From contig OZ038379.1 of NCBI GenBank assembly GCA_964036045.1, positions 20,770,001-20,834,000 on the forward strand: DNA of 64,000 bases. Reading direction: 5' to 3'. Shown here in pieces: positions 58,241 through 64,000 of this stretch. Positions within the stretch are counted from its first letter, which is position 1. Each line of letters opens with the position of its first letter. The notes beneath the pieces are model-generated. The model was not told where the DNA came from. It did not search any database and worked only from the letters and a program-made list of their open reading frames with translations. The translations under genes were made by a program, and so were the position numbers. This DNA comes from Eutreptiella sp. 'Long Island Sound 2002'. Lineage: Eukaryota > Protista > Euglenida.

Positions 58241-60499
58241 GCATAGCCATTCCCCGAATGGTCCCGGCGGGGCTGTTTTAGGGCCCTTTCCTCGAAAGAA
58301 AAAAGTGCCCTTCGGTTACGCGTTTTCGGACCCTGAGGGGGGGCGTTGAAGCACGTGAGTTATTGTGCCATGTCGAAGCTAATGAACATTATGCATCTTC
58401 CTTCTGCGGCCTTGATCTTTGTGCCATGCTATGTATGTTCAATGCAAATTCCCGCACTTTTTGGTCAAAAATGGTAAGGTATCGTCAACATAGACTGACG
58501 TGGTGGCCAAAATGGGATTTTACAATGTTTTCGAGTGGATTCGGTGATTTTCAAATTTGCACCCCAGGTACCCCGGGGGGGGGGGGGGGGTTGGCCGATC
58601 CACGATCCACTCCGATCCTTGGGGGGAGGGGCAGTTTTGGGGAAGATCTGATCCACGATCCATGGAGTACCTAGTCCCCATTGGCGGGTACCCTACGTAA
58701 GCTTTGGGGCAACGTTTCAACGGTATAGTTCGCGCCGACCCGTGCCCCTCACGTGGTCCCGACAGGCGTATGTCATCCGCACAGCACCTTGAGCTCCCAT
58801 AGGCCCTCCCTCCCGCATCGCGATCCTTTGCCCTTTTGCTTGGCTCTTTTGCCCTTTCGCCATATATAGACCTTCCTCCCCTATTTGGTTTCGCACACCA
58901 TGTCCTAGACTTGAACGTACCACGCTTCTACCACTCTCAGTGGCACAAACAATGTTCGTTGTGCGCTACTACTTTTCATTATGCATCGTGCACCAACTTT
59001 GGAGAAGAGTAAATCTGCATCTCGCGCAACTTGGGAGCGGGGTGCTTTCTCAGATGGCTCGAGTGCCAATTCGAAGCTTAGCAAACAACACGGGTGGTGT
59101 ATCAAAGCAATATTGCATCGTGTGGTGTGCCCTTGTGTTTTCGTGGGGCTCATGCTGGCGGCATGTGCCATGGGAGGGGGAGAATTAAGTGCAGCCTGCG
59201 CAAACAAATCACCATTGACAAGAGTTTTGTGCTCTTTACATTCATTGGTAATTGCACATGACTCGTACTATCTGCATCACGCTCATTTGTGTTTTAGTCC
59301 ACTGGCTTGTTTGTTTGGATTCATTTTGGATTGATTTTGGGATGGCATGCAATTTTGCAGTTTCACGTGGGGATGGCCAAGGAACTCCTCATGTTCCTAA
59401 ATTGCTCGGCGAACTCCCGTGTGCCATCGGAATTGCAATTGTCGCATTGGTGTGCTCCCTCTTCGGCACGTGCTTTCCTACACGTTCAGTTATGCCTCGG
59501 TCTGACTATCATTTCGCATGGGGTTTAAATTACACATTTTGGGGGCGTTCCGGTCACGCGCACGGTTGTAGTGGGGACTCTGCCCAAGCAATTCACTCAG
59601 CTAGCCGCGTGCCATGTGGCCGAGTGCGGTGAGCTAGCCGGTTTTCGGTAGTTGCCGACCTAGCCGGCGACATCCCACTAGCTGCGGTGAGCCATGGACG
59701 AAGGGGGATGAAAAGTCCCCGGCCCTTGAGATAAGGTAGATCTTGCATGGATTGCGTTGTCGCTTGGGTTGTACGAGCTGTTCACAACGGGGTGGGGCAA
59801 CAGGTGTGTTGTTCGAGCCCAAGCTCAATAGGATTGGCATTCCGCACTAACGAGCAAAAAGCAAGAAGAGGTTGAGTACACATGTCACGCGAAATGATGA
59901 TGTCGCTTGGCGCATTCATCTTAGGTGGTGATAGTTGGTTCTCTTTCAATCGGTGGTTCTACGGCGAGCATTGCAAACCAACTTTCCATACCTCAAGCAA
60001 CCCATGGGACAACTATTTTACCACATCCTACTGTTGGGATCGTTGGACGGCGTGAAGTCCCAAGCGCCAAAGCTGGAAGTCAAGAGCTTGGTACGCACCA
60101 TCGTGAAGCCCACAAAATGGAGCAAGCTACATTCCGTGCTGCCCATGGACACTCGGGATGGGCGTTGTCCATGAAAATCGTGGTACACTCGGCGACATTT
60201 GTTGCTCTCGCCGCCGTCACCCTAGCGGTCCGACGATTTTCCCAAGAACGCCGCGCGACAGAGGTACACAGCATGCACGCACGTGGTCATCGTTATTGCG
60301 CTCCTCAAATGGTTGAAGGAAGGAGTGCTTGTCTCGTGTGTAGTAGGAAGTGGGTGGGAGGTTGAGGAGTAGGTGATCTGTGATCTAGGGTCAAACGCTT
60401 GGGAGGGGGATATGGACCCAAGCGGATCAGTGTTCCGTGGACTCCCTACTGCACCGTCTATTGCTTCAATGTCTCAATGTTGCTTGGGTAAGCGGAGGC

Positions 60500-62250
60500 T
60501 CGAAAGGCTAGGAAGCCACATGGCATGAGCAATACGACGTACATTTCTTTGGTGCTTCTATTGTCGCGGTGGAAGTAGATAGGTTGGCTCGCGTTGCATC
60601 GTGCCCCATGAACCACCCCCCTTGGCTGGAGGTCCCTTTGGGATGGCTAGCACATGCACACGTCGTCGTCCAACTAGGCTCGAGCACTTCAAGCAATGGC
60701 CTGAGGAGGAGTGAGATAGTTTCATCGGAGCATGGGGGGGGTTCGCCCTTGGTGATCGGGATCGGATTGATCCAAGTTGGTGATCCACATACCATTTGGA
60801 TCATTTTAACCACACTTTGGATTGGTTTTTTGGCAACACGGCTGCACTTTTGTTTCGGAAAACCTGCTCATCATTCATCCGATTTAGCTTGTGCAATCTT
60901 GTTCCCCATCTCCCGTGGTCTTGGTCCCCGGTACGGCCCACATAGTTGCTCGGATTAGTGGTGGGCCGATCCACGGATAAGTGGGGTGGAGGGGTTTGTG
61001 ATCCATCATCCATGGCTAAAAGGGGGTTTACTGCAAACGTTATAAAGTTTTTTTGGGGGGGAGGGTGGATTGGGAACCCCGCGGATACGAACCGCAGTTT
61101 TGGAAAGGCTCAAAGCATGTAAGTATTGTCCTCTTTTTGAAGACTTGTACGAACGCAAAAATGTGGTAGGGGTGGGGAAAATATCTAAGCAGATACGACC
61201 TCCTATGTCGAATTTGGTGAGACATATCCGGGTGGTAGACAAACACTGGTGGCAAATCTTTGGATCACTAACATTGTTTTACAACAAAGCCAAGAGCTTC
61301 CGGGGGGGTTGGAAGCCTCCCCACAATGACGGAACACGAATTTCGAAAGGTTTTCTAACCACCCCGTTAGTACCACAAGATCGCTTCTCTTACTTCTTGT
61401 CTCACCGTTCCCCAATCGTGGCATATTTTTTTCATTCCCCATAAAAGGGGATTATACCTGGTTCATCCAATAGCTCTAGTTGATGAACATAGTCCAACGA
61501 TGACATGGAAGAGATATGACGAATTTTGCCCAGCATTGACTAGAGAGTATGATTGCATGAAAACAGCCATGCGCGCTCTTTTGGTTTAGGGAGGGACGGG
61601 TAGACGTTTATGGCAAGTGTAGGCCTTGGTCGGCCCAATTTCAACCCAATTTCGTGATTCGTGGTTCGTGGCGAGTGGGGTAGGGGTAGGGGGTGGGGGG
61701 CAGCCGTCCCGCGTTTCTCATATTCAACCTTGCAATGTCGAACATCATGAGAATCGCCGATAGCCCCTAATGGCCATACAAGCCCCGGCACCCAGTGCGG
61801 TGCTTTGCTGAGTGTGGGATTAGACCGCCATAATAACATGCGCAAACGACTGATCCGGTGGAGATGCGAGATTTTTTGACGTCAACCCTCCTTGCTGTAG
61901 GCGTGAATCAATCTACCTATCAACGTCGCGTCTGTTTATGGGCCCATTGCGACTGTGTCGGTCTCCCATCCTTGTTGATTGTGAATGCCAAACTCCCGTA
62001 CTTGATCTCAGGTCCCGGTGCCATTGACCATGCATTTGTTGGCCACAGAGGGAGAGACCACCGCTTCCCAATCGTCAGAGGTATATTTACCCTTTCAAAC
62101 CCCCAACCATGCCATGCGCTGCGCGGCACTATGCATTTTGGGTACGGTTGCAATGGAAGCGTCTGCCTCCTCGTTCCATTATTTGGGGGCTTCTTCACTC
62201 ACCCGTTGGCCGCGTAATTCGTGTCTTGTTGTACAGGCAAATTGGTTCTG
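60500..62250 (-). mobile_element. Non-LTR retrotransposon relics: an RNase H C-terminal-like fragment and the possible 5' part of another copy
   Basis: WNEEADA (62178-62158) resembles the RNase H GNExAD motif. GEASNPPG (about 61325-61300) resembles the GEAxNPGP motif at the start of some LINE ORFs. Frames are heavily interrupted. Confidence 0.3.
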
Positions 62251-62423
62251 GGTGGGTTTGCTTGACCCCGGACAAAGTGACAGCGAAGACAGGACTCACA
62301 ACTTACATAAATCCAAAGCACTGCGAAGCAACAGGGATAGAAGAAGAGGGGGGGGGCGGAGAAGGAGAACACATTTGATGTAGTTTGGAGGCATTTAGGG
62401 TCGTGGTGCGTTGGGGCGTCCCT

Positions 62424-62780
62424 ATGAGTGCGCCCTACCTGGGAAGCACACCTCCATCCGCTGATCAGGGTGAAGTGGAGAGCATTCAAAAAGCCCTACG
62501 CGATGCGCGACAAAATCTGTCAGACGGCAAGTCCCCTGGCGCTGGTCTTGAAAGTATCGAGGACCAAGCTGCTGCTGCCTATGCTGACCTGATTAACACC
62601 TCCATGGGCTTTGATGGGGACTTGAGCGAAGAAGATGCCGAGGGCTTCGCACAAGGGGGTATGATGGATGAAGGATCAAAATCAAAACGGGGGAAAGGGC
62701 TATTTGGCGACGCCATGGATATCTTCGGTGCGCTGGGCAAGGGGGCGCATATTGTTAAGCAGAAAGATGGAAGGGTTTAG
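62424..62780 (+). CDS. Short acidic ORF of unknown function, possibly the intact start of a decayed element ORF
   Basis: MSAPYLGSTPPSADQGEVESIQKALRDARQNLSDG... has protein-like composition over about 118 codons. Stop-interrupted protein-like sequence continues downstream in another frame. Confidence 0.3.
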   Translation: MSAPYLGSTPPSADQGEVESIQKALRDARQNLSDGKSPGAGLESIEDQAAAAYADLINTSMGFDGDLSEEDAEGFAQGGMMDEGSKSKRGKGLFGDAMDIFGALGKGAHIVKQKDGRV

Positions 62781-64000
62781 GTATGCTGACGTGGTTGGGT
62801 CCTAAGTTGCCGATCATGCTCACTTTTTGGTGCACGACATAACTGATCCCAACGCTTTTGGCAACATTCAGCTGTGCACTATACAAAGTGCTGGTGCCTG
62901 GCGTTCCATCACATGTGATGAATGAGTTTGCAGCCCGTCCCGGTTATTCCCAAGCTCTTGATTCGGGTCACAATTTACTTGCTCACATTGAGAATTAGCA
63001 TTTCTTCTTTCAGCTTAGGCCAAGAAGTGGGTTCAGGCTTCGCTCACTGTTGTTTCCCCCGCTTCGTCCTAGGCACTGCCTGTCATGCATTCTGATGCCC
63101 AAGAGCGGGTGTTGTAGATTCCTAGGTCCCGTAAAATGTTTTGGAGTTTGCAATACAGTAGACACCTTGCCTGCAGCCTGAGCATGAGCTGCGCATTTGC
63201 TGCTGGGAGTTGCGATCACTGAGGGATTGGTTTGTCGCCAATCGGCAGGGCAGCAATTGGCACAATTAGGATTGCTTACTTCTTGGGGGAGCATTGACAT
63301 TGTGCAGCCGTCACTTGCATCCGATGAAGAATTGTTGACTTGGATTTTTGAGTCCTCTGACGGGATAAGCCGCAGCACGTCAATTGTTGTACATAAGGAG
63401 GCGTGGCTCGGAGACCTCAGTCGATGGAAACTCTTGTCTCTAAAATGGATCGTATGAAACGGATGGAGTTCACTGGAAAGCGGATGCTGTGACCGCTGTG
63501 GCGTTAAGCCAAATCTTGCGTCAGTCTTTTCTCTGCCCATTGCCAGGGTACGTGCGTGCACATGCGTGCACTTGCATGTCTCCACATTCTTCCGGCGACA
63601 GATCATCGGTGCACTCCGGGACTATGCCTCTTTGCTGTTTCGTGATTGCGTTGCGCCAGCGGATGGACGAAGTAACATTTTGCCTCACATTTTGTGCTGG
63701 ACTCTCTGACGCATATGTGCGTCTGTAGTCTTTGGAGCTGCGCTTGCATTCTTGATGTTTGCCACCACGGCCAAGCCTGATTTTCTGGTGTTAGGCTGGT
63801 CCAAAGAGCATGTGCGCTGTTGTATTGTGGTTAAACAGCTAAGGATGGGGGTTTCGCCATCCTTTCCTTTGCAACCCTCAAACCCCATGGACGTACTGCC
63901 CCGACTAACACTGTTTTTATGGTGGAGGCAAGCATGAGGATTGAGCTGCAATGGTACATGTGTCAACATGCAAATGCAACATGTCTACCACTGCTTTGGA

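Overview
This is a repeat-saturated window of a large eukaryotic (protist) genome, not a prokaryote. It contains microsatellites, a G-rich satellite, many MITE-like elements, decayed transposon ORFs and one clear GT-AG intron. The repeat families resemble those I associate with euglenids (Eutreptiella-like); that is recall, not verified. Two intact intronless host genes are present, both on the minus strand: a Cys/His cluster + CCCH zinc finger + SAM-methyltransferase-like protein (8277-9848), and a secreted, bacterial-looking DUF4185-like/Asp-box beta-propeller protein (17657-18925). The most interesting content is mobile DNA. (i) Two divergent families of RAG1/Transib-like DDE transposases occur: a decayed full-length copy (20970-22587) with an H-W-T-L-A-H...E motif matching RAG1 H-K-T-L-A-H...E, bracketed by a perfect 20-bp inverted repeat and palindromic subterminal motifs; and an uninterrupted but 3'-truncated two-exon copy (41494-42928). 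(ii) A decayed tyrosine-recombinase-like ORF runs in frame into an intact coiled-coil + RING-finger ORF (33511-35250). (iii) An 85-91 bp satellite is built from three palindromes, and its core occurs in two reverse-complement states. LINE-like, gypsy-like and other relics are present but can only be called with low confidence. No rRNA, functional tRNA or CRISPR array is supported. All translations and alignments were done by eye; no database searches were run.
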